Both the position numbers and the translations under genes were made by a program. The notes under the pieces are model-generated. The model searched no databases. It saw nothing but the letters and a program-made list of their open reading frames with translations, and was not told where the DNA came from. From Zygnema circumcarinatum SAG 698-1b (taxonomy: Eukaryota > Plantae > Zygnematophyceae), in NCBI GenBank assembly GCA_037447605.1, contig CM074804.1:4937909-5001908 (forward strand): 64,000 nucleotides of DNA. Direction: 5' to 3'. Positions 12,201-24,799 of this stretch are shown here, one piece after another (the stretch's first letter is position 1; the number at the start of each line of letters is the position of its first letter).

Positions 12201-15200
12201 GTCAAAGCCACCTCGCTAAAGGTGTCGGTGAAGTCTGAGCGAGAGGCCGTGGTTGTAGGTGCTCAATGGTCTGGTGATGAGTAAATGGAAAATTCACCTT
12301 AATTATCCTTAGATTACTCGTACTTTCACGTGTTGAGCAACATTTGGAATTTCAATTTATGTAAGCATGATAGCTGTGACTAAGCAACGTAAGAACATGC
12401 CTGACCCAGCAACGGTGTGGTCAAGGTGGTCTTGGATCTGTGAGGTATGAAGGGGTTCCAATGTGTGCTCTCACAGCAAGCACTGCGGGTTACTTAGAGA
12501 ACGAGAAAGGTTTGCAGTTTTTAACTTGGAATCGGAAAGTAGGGGATCCATTGCAAGATCGTTTATGTCCAGCTTGTGAAGGGTCCGGCAAGCCTGCGCA
12601 AAAACTCGTTGGCATGCGTTGAACCGAAGGCATGGAGAGAGTCAAAGGCCACGTTACAGTGTTCGTCGTTTTTTTTAAAACCCTAAAAACACAAGTGGCC
12701 AAAAGGTCACTTGTGTTCCTGGGGACATCGGGCATGCGGCCTTTTGAAACTGAGGACCTTCCTATGGTGTGAGGCAGAGCAGCTACTGAAGCTTTCATAG
12801 AACAGTTGATCCTGCGTGAGGCATTCAGCAGGGCTCGGGCTGTGGGGGGGGGTTGTACCGGCAGGTGATCAGAGCCCTGAAGTCGGACTCGCGGCTGGCC
12901 AATAACGGGCTGCCACCTGACATCCAAAAGCTGCGTTGCAGAGTGCACTATGAGGCGCTCCGGTTTGCTCCGGAGATCGAAGCATTTGGGAAGGTGTGCC
13001 AAGTTTGCCCTCCCCTGACTCTCCTGATTCTTGATGTGCTCCAAGAAATGAGGGGGAAACGCAAGTCCACTTGCTCGACTGAGTGCTGCTGCAAGACTGA
13101 CACGTAACTTTTTTTTTAAGTATGAATCGCTTGCAAGGACAGAGTGAAAGGGCCAGCGTCCAAGGACCATAGACTATAGTACTGTTGTTAGCCTCCTCAT
13201 CTCCTCTAACTCGCTTTTTTACCAGCCATCGGAAAAGGAAGTCATCTGATTTGTTGATCTCAGACTTTCGAAGTACCACTATCCCGCATATAATAGAAAT
13301 TCCATAATTTATCTTGACTCTCTTTAGGTATATTTGGACGTTGGCGCACGGGCAATCCCTTGCAAATATCTCTTCAGATCTTAGCCTTATGACACTTGCA
13401 AAGGATGTTACTTGAAGTTACAGAAAGAGAACGACTTAAAAGAGGATGGACGCGAGGACCTTGACTTTATCTTCTCTTCCCTTGAATTCGTCGTGTTTGA
13501 GAAATTTAAGCTTCTTGACGAGAGCTATGTCCGTCTGGTTTCTTCCTTTCCATATGAGATCAGATTTGAACAAGTCTTCTGTAGTGATAAATTTTTTTTC
13601 AGCAAGAACACATATGTAGAGTGCAGACAGTTTACTTGACTACTTATTTACTACCTTGTCTCAGCTTGTAGGTTTTTTGTTTTTTGTTATGTTTGCAGAA
13701 GCTAGTGAGTAGGATGCGGAAAAATGGCCGTTTTATAGCCCTTCATCTTCGATATGAAAAGGATATGCTGGCCTTTAGTGGCTGCACACAAGGCCTGTCT
13801 TCTTCTGAGGCCTTGGAACTCGCCAGCATACGGTAGTCCTCATGCTCCTCTCACATTCAGGTGGAATGTCTTAATTCAGGAAATGAAGAGAGGAAAAATA
13901 TATGCACCCAAGTTAGCAAAGAGATATACCGACCGTGATGTCTTGGTACTGTGACTGGGGGGGTCCTAATGCTACGCTGTTCGACGCACTATACGCTTGA
14001 AGGTTCTCACTGAACTCCGGAATGTTCTGCACAAAGATCTGTAGCTCATTTCAATGGGACATCTTGTCACAGAGAGACGCGACTCCGCTACAATGTGGAC
14101 CGAGTTGCCAGAACTTCATGTACCAGTTTCCAACTTAGGAAAAAGTCACGCCTTACTCTTGTCATCCCTTTTTTCCATGTTGTTCTTGTCACTGGTGCTG
14201 GTAATCTGCTTTTGTTTTCCTAATTTCCGGATCGCAATGGGCTCGGGTCAAGATGGGCAGAATGAGTACAAAGCACTGGCGTGTGAAGGACATCGACTCA
14301 GCGGCCCAGCGAGCTTTGGGACTCTGTCCCCTCACTCCTCACGAGGTGGGGCTGTTTCTGCACTCCATGGGCTTGCCCAAAGAGACACCTATTTATGTGG
14401 CAGCTGGAGAGATCTATGGCGGTGACAAGCGTATGGACGAACTTCGGAAATTCTTTCCTAATCTGTTACAAAAAGTAAGCCATTTTCTTTACCGTGCATT
14501 GCAGCTCAAGTGGTCAGCTTTCCAACCTGTCATTATGGACAAAGGTTATTGATAGTGTGGTCATGATGCCGGTGGACACATGCTATAAAGGCATACAATC
14601 ATGCAGTCATCGACAAGGTTAGTCACAAGCAGTATGCAAATTATGGGTTCCAAAAAAATTATTTGTTTGACCATGCGAGGCCCTTCATTCCGCTAAGGGT
14701 GTATGCCAATCTTCTGCCTTCAAAAGGGGCTAACCTCCTCAACTTCCGGTGTTTAGGGATATGTTTCAAAGGCAGACTTTGTCAATGGCCTCTTATGACT
14801 ACTTAACAAATGTCTTTCGCTAATTTTAGCATGCTTGTTCGCCAACTCTGATGAGTGAGTGGTGGGTTTGTTGTTTCAGGACACCTTGGCGAGTGCGGAT
14901 GAGCTCGCTCCTTTCAATGGTCGCATGAATGCAATGGCTGCACTGGACTACATAGTTTCAGTAGAGAGCGACATTTTTGTGCCCACATACAGCGGCAACA
15001 TGGCCCGTGCAGTAGAGGGGCACAGGAGATTCTTGGGTCATCGCAAGACTATTGACCCCAATCGGTATTGCGCCCTCACAACTCATGTTTCGGTTGGCCA
15101 AATTGATAGAAACTACAGATGAAAGGAAGACTAGTACTGTCTGCCTTGTCGCTAGGTTTAATGTAGGAATTGGATTTTGTGGCCAGAGAGAAGTGAACTG

Positions 15201-15985
15201 CAGTGATCAATAGACCGGTAGGTTTTGCGAAGGTGGAATTTCTCCTCATCCGGGTGCCTCCTGTAAAAATGTGCAGGAAAGAGCTCGTACGGCTGTTGGA
15301 GCGAGTGGATCGAGGAGAGCTGCAACAGGGCCCCTCCCTATGGGAACAAGTGGAACTCATCCACATGCACAGGTGGGCGCCATTCAGATAGTTGTTGGAA
15401 TAGAGCAGCCGGAGTTTCTGTGATGTGAAGTGTTTATCCCCTGGAGATTGGAAATCTGCCGCAAAGGCGCACTTCAAGATGTTCGAGTGCAGGTCTGGGC
15501 GCAAGAATATGTTAGGAGTCCTCACACGTGGTTGGAAAACCACTTGCTTCACTTTTGTAGTACAATTATTGAACTTGTCCCATTGCTCTGTAGTGGCCTG
15601 AGATGGATGTCGTCGCAGGCTTCACCAAAATTTCAGCAACTTCAATTGACTCCCCTCCTTGTTTGCCATGTGGGACTTCGCCAGACAAGGTGCGCCGCGT
15701 ATGAGGAAAGGCCCCCGTCAAGACGCGCGCGGGAAGGAGCGCTTTAGGTCAGAGGAGGCCTTTTACACGAACCCCCTCCCAGACTGCCTCTGCCAGGATC
15801 CGGATCATCGAACAATTTTGGGTAAAGCAACGGCAGTGAAGCGCTCACCAATTGTCTACAGCCCGCCACCACCACCTGCGTCAGATATCCCATCTATCGG
15901 AGGTTCGTTAAACGTATCAAGTAAGAGCAGTGACAGCGGAGTGGACGTTCGGATACGGAGCGGAGAGGAGGGAGGTGGACAGTAG
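9203..15985 (+). CDS. O-fucosyltransferase family (GT106; RG-I rhamnosyltransferase RRT-like) type II membrane protein, multi-exon
   Basis: N-terminal TM ([22 protein letters not shown]), then exons giving [179 protein letters not shown]. These are hallmark plant O-FucT motifs. Confidence 0.93.
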
Positions 15986-16587
15986 CATTGTGGAGCTAAT
16001 ATTGATGTGGAGTTTTGAAGATTCGCTTCGTCCACCTCCGTCCTGGCGATCCAAGTAAGGAGCTGTTGGGCAATTTTATCTGAAACCTTGCAGTATTGAG
16101 TTGCCTTGCCAAGCAATCTAGAAGAGACCTCTCAGGTAATTAGACGTAGGATGGTTTCTTGAGCCTGAGTTAGGCGATTTGCAGGCAGAGTCGGACTTAT
16201 AATTTGATGTATTTTTCGGTTAGAGGAGCCGGAGGTCAAGGACAGGGAGAGCACAGATAATCTTACAGCCTGAGATGTGCTCCGCCACCGGAGTGAAAGA
16301 GAGTAGAGAAAGAGGAAGGTAGTACATTTTGCCCATAGCACCACCTGGTTGTGTGATAGGTCCGAGACACAGCAGTCAAGTTTCGTGCTGGCTGCTGCAA
16401 GCTTTTCCATGCTTTTTAATTCATTAATTCAATCCAAAAAACTAAGATCTTACCTTATGAATACAAGGACTACGTAACACCCATATCACCCATGTTGGCC
16501 ATGACCCATGTGACCTGGGGCATACATTCTAGTGTAGTGAAGCTCGACCGTGCGACTCTTTTGAGAAGGAAATGCACCTTAATCTTT

Positions 16588-17604
16588 GGAAAATTCTATT
16601 CTCACACCTTTTTTGTCTACACACAGGCCTCTTTTCGCCGGGCAGATTTTAAAATAGCACAAAAAAAGAACACACCTTTCACACCTTCTCACCTTTTTTT
16701 TTTCACCTTTTTTTTCCCACCTTTTTGAAATCGATACACACCTTTCTCCATCGGGCAGATTTTACCCTTTCTTGTTTTTTTCAAAGAAAAAAATATCGGC
16801 CTGCCCGAATCCACTCGGAGCAGAAGATCCGTCCGCCACGAGATCGTTCGCGGGTGGCCGTCCTTTACACGTGCAGAAACTATACACCGTCGATTCTAGA
16901 GCAGATCACACCACGGCAGATCACCTTTCGATCGGCAGCCGGGCTCGGTTCCAGCGAATGGCACACGCCCACGTGTCCCACCCGAGCAGGCTCGAGGACC
17001 GTACACAATTCGTACGGTCGCAGCTTCGAGGAAAGTCTAAATTCCTTACATTGCGAGCTTGAATCAATCACCATCTGCCGCGTGCTCTTTTTAGACGTGG
17101 CAAACTGTGATTGGTACAGGCACTCAACTTTAATTATTACGTTTTTTGAGTTTCCTCGAAGCTGCGGGCGTACGCCTTTTGTACGGTCCTTGGAGCCGGC
17201 TTGGGTGGGACACGTGGGACAGAGCCCGGCTGCTGATCGAACGGTGATCTGCCATGGTGCGATCTGCGTGAATATCGACGGCGGAAAATTATTGCACGTG
17301 TGAAGGACGGCCACCCGCGAACGATCTCGTGGCGGACGGATCTTCCGCTGCGAACGGATTCGGGCAGGCAGATATTTTTTTCTCTGAAAATAAATGATAA
17401 GGAGTAAAATCTGCCCGACAGAAAAAGGTCTCACGGCGCTCGGCCGCTCAGGACTGGTAGCGTGTATCGATTCCAAAAAGATGTGAAAAAAAAGGTGAAA
17501 AAAAAAAGATGTGAAAGGTGTGTTCCTTTTTTGTCTATTTTAAAACCTGCCCAGCGAAAAGAGGTCTGTGCGTAGACAAAAAAGGTGTGAGAATAGAATT
17601 TTCC
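16588..17604. mobile_element. Non-autonomous foldback / Mutator-like DNA element with ~450 bp terminal inverted repeats and 8-bp TSD
   Basis: Starts GGAAAATTCTATTCTCACACCTTTTTTGTCTAC and ends GTAGACAAAAAAGGTGTGAGAATAGAATTTTCC. TAATCTTT flanks both sides (16580-16587, 17605-17612). Arms stay complementary inward to GCAGCTTCGAGGAAA / TTTCCTCGAAGCTGC, leaving a ~115 bp spacer. No transposase ORF. Confidence 0.92.
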
Positions 17605-19154
17605 TAATCTTTAACTGTTTGAGGAAAAAACTAGAAAAACAAATCTGCAGGCATAAAACAACAGATATGCGTATGGCATTGGACTATGGCTGTAAAGGAG
17701 AACGCGCATGTACATCAAAACGAAAATGACGAGCTTACTGTGCATGCTGACTACTCTACGCAGTGCTGGCAAAGTAAGCCATACAATCATTAGCAACTTG
17801 CCTTGGTTTGGCAAAGGTAACGACTTGACCTGACGATAACTTGTGCTCAGAAGTGACTAACTACAAAGTGACTAGTTCGACATAACTTCGCTAAAATTCA
17901 GGACACGATTAGTCTCTGTCCCTGTCCCTGTCCCGATCCTCCTCCCCCCTCCCCCCTCCCCCCTCCCCCCTCTCCCCTCCCCCTCCCTCCTCCCTCCCTC
18001 TCTCCCTATCCTTCTCCTTCTCGCTCTCTCTCCTTCGCGCGCGCGCGTCTAGCGCGGGGGACCAGCCGCCCGCCATCGATAGCCCAGCCCGCCCTAAGCA
18101 CCCTAACCCTTAGACCCCCCTCGTCCTCGCCCCTCGCTAGGGTTGGAGGCACGGACGGGGGCACGGCTATGCCCGCCATCAGCCCTGCCGTGCCGTGCCG
18201 TGCCCGGGGCACGAAGAAAAACCGCAAAACCGCGCCCCTCCACCGTGCCCCCCTACGTCAGCATGCCACGTCATGGCCTGGGCCGGCACGGTGCCGGCTC
18301 ACACGGAACCCCACTCTGGAGGCGCGCAATCCGTACCGACCGTACCATCCGTACTTTTCCATACTGTACTGTTGTTCCGATTTTTACCTGTTCTATGTTG
18401 TCACGTCGCGGACACGAAAGGGGGCACGTGCCCCGGGGCACGAGTCGGGCCGGGCCCGTCCGCGCCCCCGCGCCCGCCCCCGCCCTCGGGCCGGCCGGTC
18501 GGTCCGCAGAGCCCGCCCGCCACCGACACCGTCTGCGGCCCTCCGCCCGCCGCCATTGGCTCCGCGCCTGGTGGGCCCCGCCTCCGTGCGCCACGTCAGC
18601 GCGCCGCCGGCACGCGCCGGCCGTTCGCTAACGGCTCCGCCGCTCTCGGCCGCAAGTTCTGCGCGCGGCCGCCACGTGGCGGGCAGAGGAAAGTTTTACG
18701 GAGTTTTGTGCGCGCTGATTGGATGGCAACAGTTTTGACAGCGGGCAGACTGCCAGGTCAGCATCTGCCCGGAATTGAAACATTCCCAGGGGACGCAGCC
18801 ACGTCAGCAGTCACGCGTTGGACGAGGCGTCACGCGACGCTAAACTGCGGCGCATGGAACTGCTCGCGATGGAGGAATATGGGCGGCCCCCGCCGACGAA
18901 GGCGCTCTCTTCGGGCGATCCTCCCGCGCACGAGGGCGGGCGTGGAGGGGAGGCATCGCGAAATTGTGGTCCTCGCCCTTCTCTTTTGGAGTTCAAGGAG
19001 CGATATCTGACCCGTTGGTTGATGAACTAGCTGGAAAATTGGGAAGGCCTGCGTGCCTGGGCAATTTTCGGGAGTTTAGGGTTGCTGGGACAGACGGAAG
19101 TCAAAGGTCTTGGAGTGCAGAAAACACATTGGGCGAGGTGGATTTCAGGAATAC

Positions 19155-22100
19155 ATGGCTTCTTGCTTGTCGGAAGCTGCAGTGCGGGCAGCATGTATAG
19201 GCGGTTCCACTTGCAGGAACTCTGTTTGGGCGCCGGTCCCGACGCCCGGCTTTTTTGCGGATAGTGCCGCCAGTCCGACATACTCATCTAAAGTCACATC
19301 TTCTTTGAAAAATGATGAGGGATGGGCCAATTCTTGGAACGCCTCAAAGCAGCGCAAAGAGGGGATAGTCGGAGCACCTCGGGGGGGAAAGCAGAAGCTG
19401 ACTGTGTGTGAGGGTAAGGCGGACTGTCTACTCCTACTCTGTCACCCTATTGGAGAGCTCCGGACCGTTGGAGACTTTGGCGCAAACTATGTCTGGGCAT
19501 TGTGATTCTGGGTCTTAACTAACGGTAAGAATTTTGTGTTTTTGACTCTTCTTCAGCTGTGCTACAACAAAAACGTGAGCTAGCTATTTCTGAAGACGAA
19601 CTCCTGCTTGTGAAGGTAACACTTCTAATGGGGACATTGGGCAAGCTGCCTATCGCCTGGTGTGAGGATGGATGTTCCTGCTTTAGTTCTGTGGCTTGTG
19701 GGCTAAAAGGAGAATGCTAAATATAGAATTGGCACTGTTTACGACAAGATGCACTTTATCTTCGTTGTTAGCACAGTTGGAAGACGTGACGTGTATAAAA
19801 AAATTGCGATTAGGGCATTTTCCGTCTGTTCGATGAATAAGAGGAGCCCACTTTGTGACCGGCAGGGATGTCTGGGATTCCGATTGTTGAGGCTTGCAGA
19901 GGAAAGCTCAGGAGCTTGGTGCTGAGCTTCGAGGCACCACTATCTTTCTTGTTGGTGAGCTTCTGACCTGACTTGCTGGCCCACGCAATAATCAATGACG
20001 ACTGAGTATGCTTTTACCTTCATCGCACTCCTTCGGCAGGGGGGGTGTCAAGTGCAAGTTCCCATGTTCAACCATTGTGCAGTGTGATTGGCAGTTGTAG
20101 TGTCTTCAGGCTCAGGACAGAGCATTTCTATTTTGTAAATTTTTGTGACTACAGCGATTTCTTCACTCGCGATCTCATTCAGAGCTCTTTGAGTTTTATT
20201 TGAGTTCCATCCGTCTTTCCTTTTTACTACTTTTATACCTAGTTAATGATGTAATCAATGATCAAGATCAGAAGATTCATCTCCGTCTTGTTCATGGAGA
20301 GCTTTACAGCATTGGGTCTTCTGCAACATATTTGTCAAAATCATTGTGAATCAGGTTTGACATGTTGGGCAAGCCAAAGTGACACATGTGTGTCTTCGTT
20401 TCCAGGAATGATGGGAAGCGGGAAAACTACCGTTGGACGCATTTTGGCAGACGCATTGGAGTACTGCTTCTTCGACAGGTGAGGAGCAGAATGCAGTTTC
20501 ACAACCTTCTTGACATCAACCTACACTGGAGTACATGTACGCCACATCATGTTGCGATTGTGTTGCTTCATATTGATGAAACAGCAGAGAGTTTTGCAAG
20601 TCTGTGAGCAATTCATACTTCAAAGCCTGAATTAACCGAATCACGTGACTGGGAGAAAGTAAATTGGGAAAGCTGTTTGTACCTACACGAAAATGCTGCT
20701 GGAGGAATGGACGCGCAGTCTTGGTTATGAATATCGTCGTGGATCATCATGGATTGAAGTGGCTCGGAAGATGTGCTAGAATCGCGGTTGACATCAAAAT
20801 GCGATCATGCTTCCTTGTTCATGTGCTGCTGCAGCGATTCTGTGGTGGAGCAAGCAGCAGGCGGTGCATCAGTCTCAGAAATCTTCCAAGAGAATGGGGA
20901 GGAAGCTTTCCGGGATGCAGAGGTAAGCGATCTTGAATCCGCCATTTCATATTTGGTCTCGTGCTACGACGGTGAACTGTGAGCTAAGCTGTTAGAAATC
21001 AGAGCCTGCAAGTTGTTTTCAGGCAGTCCAAATGCTGCTTTCTTGTGGCAGTATAGTTTGCTACGAAGGCAGGAGGAGATCTGAAAAGTACAGAGGAGAA
21101 AGAAAACTTGAGATTTAGGGTGAAGTGCCGATTGACAGTCGCATGGGTCGTCCCGCCAACAGGCGCAGGCCATCGCGCAGCTTTCGTCCATGTGCCGCCT
21201 CGTGGTGGCCACGGGGGGGGGCGCAGTCATCCGGCCAAGCAACTGGTGGGCCCCCTCACCCTGTCAGGTCGTCATGCGAACTGCCCTTTGGCTGAGCACC
21301 CTCTATGAAGTGCTGTTGAAGATTGTGTATGTGTAAGCTTGTGTTGTGTGTGTGTGTGTGTGTGCTTGTAGCACAAATTACTCTGAGTGTGAACTGACGC
21401 ATATGGCGGGGACTAACGTGATTTAGCCTTTCCTGCAAGAGACTCTGATTCCATTTCTGTCAATGAACAGTTGGTGGCCCTTTCTGTCCAGCTGAAAGCT
21501 TTAGACGTCCTGCATGAATTTTTGGTTCCTACTTCATGGCAGTTATGTAGTTAGTATCCTGAGGTGTACTGGTGTTGGAGTGCTCAGGGGACGTATGAGG
21601 GACGGAATAACTGTATGGCTCAATGTGCCGGTGGAGGCTCTCGCCCTGCGGCTGGCAACAGCTGGGATGGCATCCCGCCCCATTCTCTCAGATGGGCAAA
21701 CGAGTCAGGACCTGTATGCTGCGGTGGGTTTCGTGTAAAATTTGGCATCCCTCGTCCAAGAGAATTGTATAGGTTTCTTAAACGGGTATAGGAGTTTTGG
21801 CAAAAGTCGACATATGGTTATGGCGGTTTGTAGCATATGTAATTGCGTATGTCTATGGTTAGGGGATTTTCCACGGTGGAATGCTAGCCATGTCTCATTG
21901 AATTACCTGACTAAGGTCAACCTTGAAACAGGCTTTGGAAAAGCTCTCGTCCATCTTTGAGGAGCGTCAGGCGCTGTACAGACCCGCGGATGCTGAGGTA
22001 TCTTTACAAGGTCTGTGGCTCTAATCATCACCTCGTTTTTAAGTTCATATCAGTACATCGTTAGTATCGCAACAGTGGCAGTTCACCCCTTATTCAAGCA

Positions 22101-22572
22101 TTTCGGTCCTTGGCTCAGAGCTCGACTCTGGGAAGATGAACCATATGAAGTGCCAGAATTGGTGCAACATCAATAGAAGGCCATGAAAGACAGTTTCCCT
22201 TTTATGGGTTTATCTGCTAGTGTAGTGTACAGCTGACGTATGTGAACAGAAACTGACGCATCATTTTTTCGGTTCATTGAACACATTATGGTTTGCAGGT
22301 ATTGCAACGGAAATGGGCAGCGTTGTTCACACGATCACCCCTGGCAGGATTGCTCTTCAGGTATTAAAGAAAGGGTCTCTGTTGTTCTATGCGTTTAACA
22401 CATTGCAAACACAACTCTCTCCATTCATTTTTTCTTTCTTCCCATAAACATCGCAGGTGGCTTCCAAACGGTCGACTGATGCCTGTCTGCTTGTGACAAG
22501 CAGGTCTTGAATGAAATTGACACATTGATTCAGAGGCGGAAAATGGAGGATAACGCTCGGAGGCAGCGTTGA
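19155..22572 (+). CDS. Shikimate kinase, plastid-targeted (paralogue 1), multi-exon
   Basis: Transit-peptide-like MASCLSEAAVR...; exons give GTTIFLV/GMMGSGKTTVGRILADALEYCFFD/SDSVVEQAAGG..FRDAE/AQAIAQLSSMCRLVVATGGGAVIRPSNW/GITVWLNVPVEALA..SRPIL/..YRPADAEVSL/..IALQ/VLNEIDTLIQRRKMEDNARRQR*. Walker A, DSD, GGG and RP motifs are intact. Confidence 0.92.
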
Positions 22573-23432
22573 GCGACCTCAAGGCTAAGGGCTAAACCGC
22601 GGTCCGACTGTCTCACGGCACCTTCCGTATTAGCTGGCATCATTCACTACTGAAAAACTGACATGGAAATCCTAGGGTTTAGAGCAAAGCCGACCCTTAG
22701 TTGCTGCTGATTTGCTGCTGACTGCCTGCTGGCCGGCTCCATGGGCAGCTGTGGCGGCCGGCAAAGGCACAGCAGCCACTTAGCTGCGGAGTTTCGCTCC
22801 ATTCGTCATAGCAGGTTGTCAGAGGTGCTTTGTTGCAGCCGTGGATTGGTGCCACAGAGGATTAATAATAAGCAGAGGAGGTTGTGGGACGGTTAGCCCG
22901 TTTGCACTTAAAGCTAAGTTATGCCCTGGCTGCCCCCTGCCTTGCATATGCGCCTGGTGCTGCTGTGCCGTGTCTTCATGCTCGTGCATACGTCAGACTC
23001 ACACACCACTGCAAAACATTATTCTGCAGAAGATGTGTTTTGCACGCTAAAAAGAAGAGGTCGTCATTCCGACGACGTACTAACTTGCCATGACCTCAAC
23101 TTCACATACAAGATGTGGTTTCTGCAATAGATGAACCCTTTCAATTAGTTTCACTCGTACACAAGGCGGTAAGTAAACGCCCCTCTTGATCAATGTGACA
23201 TCCCGAGTCCACACGAAGTCGCCTTTTGTCCCGCGGCGCAGGCAGCGGCGAGCCGCGGACAGCAACCCCCGAGGGGCGCTCAGCAGGCGCTCACGCACGC
23301 GCCGTCTTGTCTGCGAAAAACCTCCCCTTGATTGACGGCAGACTTTTCTGGTCTCTCCTGTCGGGCTAACGACGCGCGAGTCTCATAGTCCACCGTAATG
23401 TTTATCCTTTTTCGGGAAGGTGACCACCAATG

Positions 23433-23947
23433 CCCTGCTACTAATAGTTTAAACAATTGAACCATTTTTTCGGAATTGTTCAAACTTTGAAATGAAAAGA
23501 TTTCAACAACTTGTTGAACTTTTGAACACCTGAGGTCAATAGTTTTCCAAATTGAATGACATAAAACAAAGTTCAAAAGTTCAAAGGCTCAATCTGTTCG
23601 GTTACTCCTGTGGATTCAAGTTTTGCCACGTAGGATTCAAGCAATCTGAGATATTTTCATAACTCCGGCCCAATTTCCGCCGTATGACTTATTTCGATCA
23701 ACGATTTCCGTACTGTACGAAAATGGAAATGGGCAAATTTAAACGCGCGTGGTCCGCGTGATTCGCAATTTGCCAAGATCTTATTGTTGATCGGTGGATG
23801 CAAAGTAAGTTGAAATTGCACATGACCGAGGATCACTTGGTCAATGTTCATCGATCTGAACAAGGACCGTTGTTCAAAAACAAAACAAAAACCTAAATCA
23901 GCCAAAATCTCTAACTGTTCAATTGTTCAACTTCTTGCTAGTAGAGG
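23433..23947. mobile_element. Degenerate MITE-like element (copy A)
   Basis: AT-rich insert with imperfect TIRs (CCCTGCTACTAATAGTTTAAACAATTGAAC vs reverse complement CCTCTACTAGCAAGAAGTTGAACAATTGAAC), TA at the right end. Internal ~23588-23830 is similar to the reverse complement of ~36890-37140. Confidence 0.6.
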
Positions 23948-24489
23948 TATCTTCTACTTACCATACTGTACTCATATCAATATCTTCACATTCATAAGCA
24001 TGTTCTGTACAGTCTTTAACAGTAGTATTTTCACACACTTTTAACGGCATTGCTTTCTTTTGCCTGTAACATATGGTCCAGCGAAAGCAGCTCATCAACT
24101 ACAGGCAATGAAGCAACAAGACATAATAATGGACGAGTCAAATTTTCCTTCTATGAACAGACCCTTCCTCTGTGTGTATTGTCTCATGTCCTCAGAACAG
24201 TACCCAACAAAAAAATCAGGGAAATAAACTGTGGGCTTTTCTTACAGGTATATTCTCCTGCCCTTGCCTTAGATAGCTCCATTATTTTTGAGATCGGGAT
24301 CTTAAAAGTTTCTTTTTTCTTCTCACTCAGGAGAAGACTCGCTCTCCAGCATTTTTTTTTCCACAGCACCACAAAAACCAGAAACATCTCAACAGAACCA
24401 TGTGTGCCATTCCAAAGGACAGATTCAACGATCCAGAGTTCAATTCCCGTGTCAAAAATTCTGAAAGGAATCTGCTAGAGTGTAAGGTA

Positions 24490-24543
24490 GCTATCGTATC
24501 TAACAGGAACCGGCTGGCTATCATATCTAACAGGAATCGGGTC
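24490..24543. repeat. 27-bp tandem duplication
   Basis: gctatcgtatctaacaggaaccggctg / gctatcatatctaacaggaatcgggtc. Confidence 0.8.
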
Positions 24544-24799
24544 TGCAATACTTTGCCTACCTCGTGTCAGGGACTTATATAAGAAATAAATAATGGTCGC
24601 AACAAAAATTTGTAATGGACAAAAATGTTGCTGCAGAAGGTATGTACTTGGAGGCAATCCAAGGAGCAGCAGCGTGGACTATTTACAGGCTACAAAAGTC
24701 GGGACCTGCCGGATAAACCAGCAGAACTGCTCACTGCAGCTGACAGTCTGCTCCTATGTATCCTCGGCCAAAGCTCACGCTTCAGCTGGCTGGCAATCC

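Noticed and set aside
16725-17476. 192 aa and 198 aa ORFs on opposite strands with similar sequences
   Set aside because: Mirror products of the foldback element arms; no transposase motifs.
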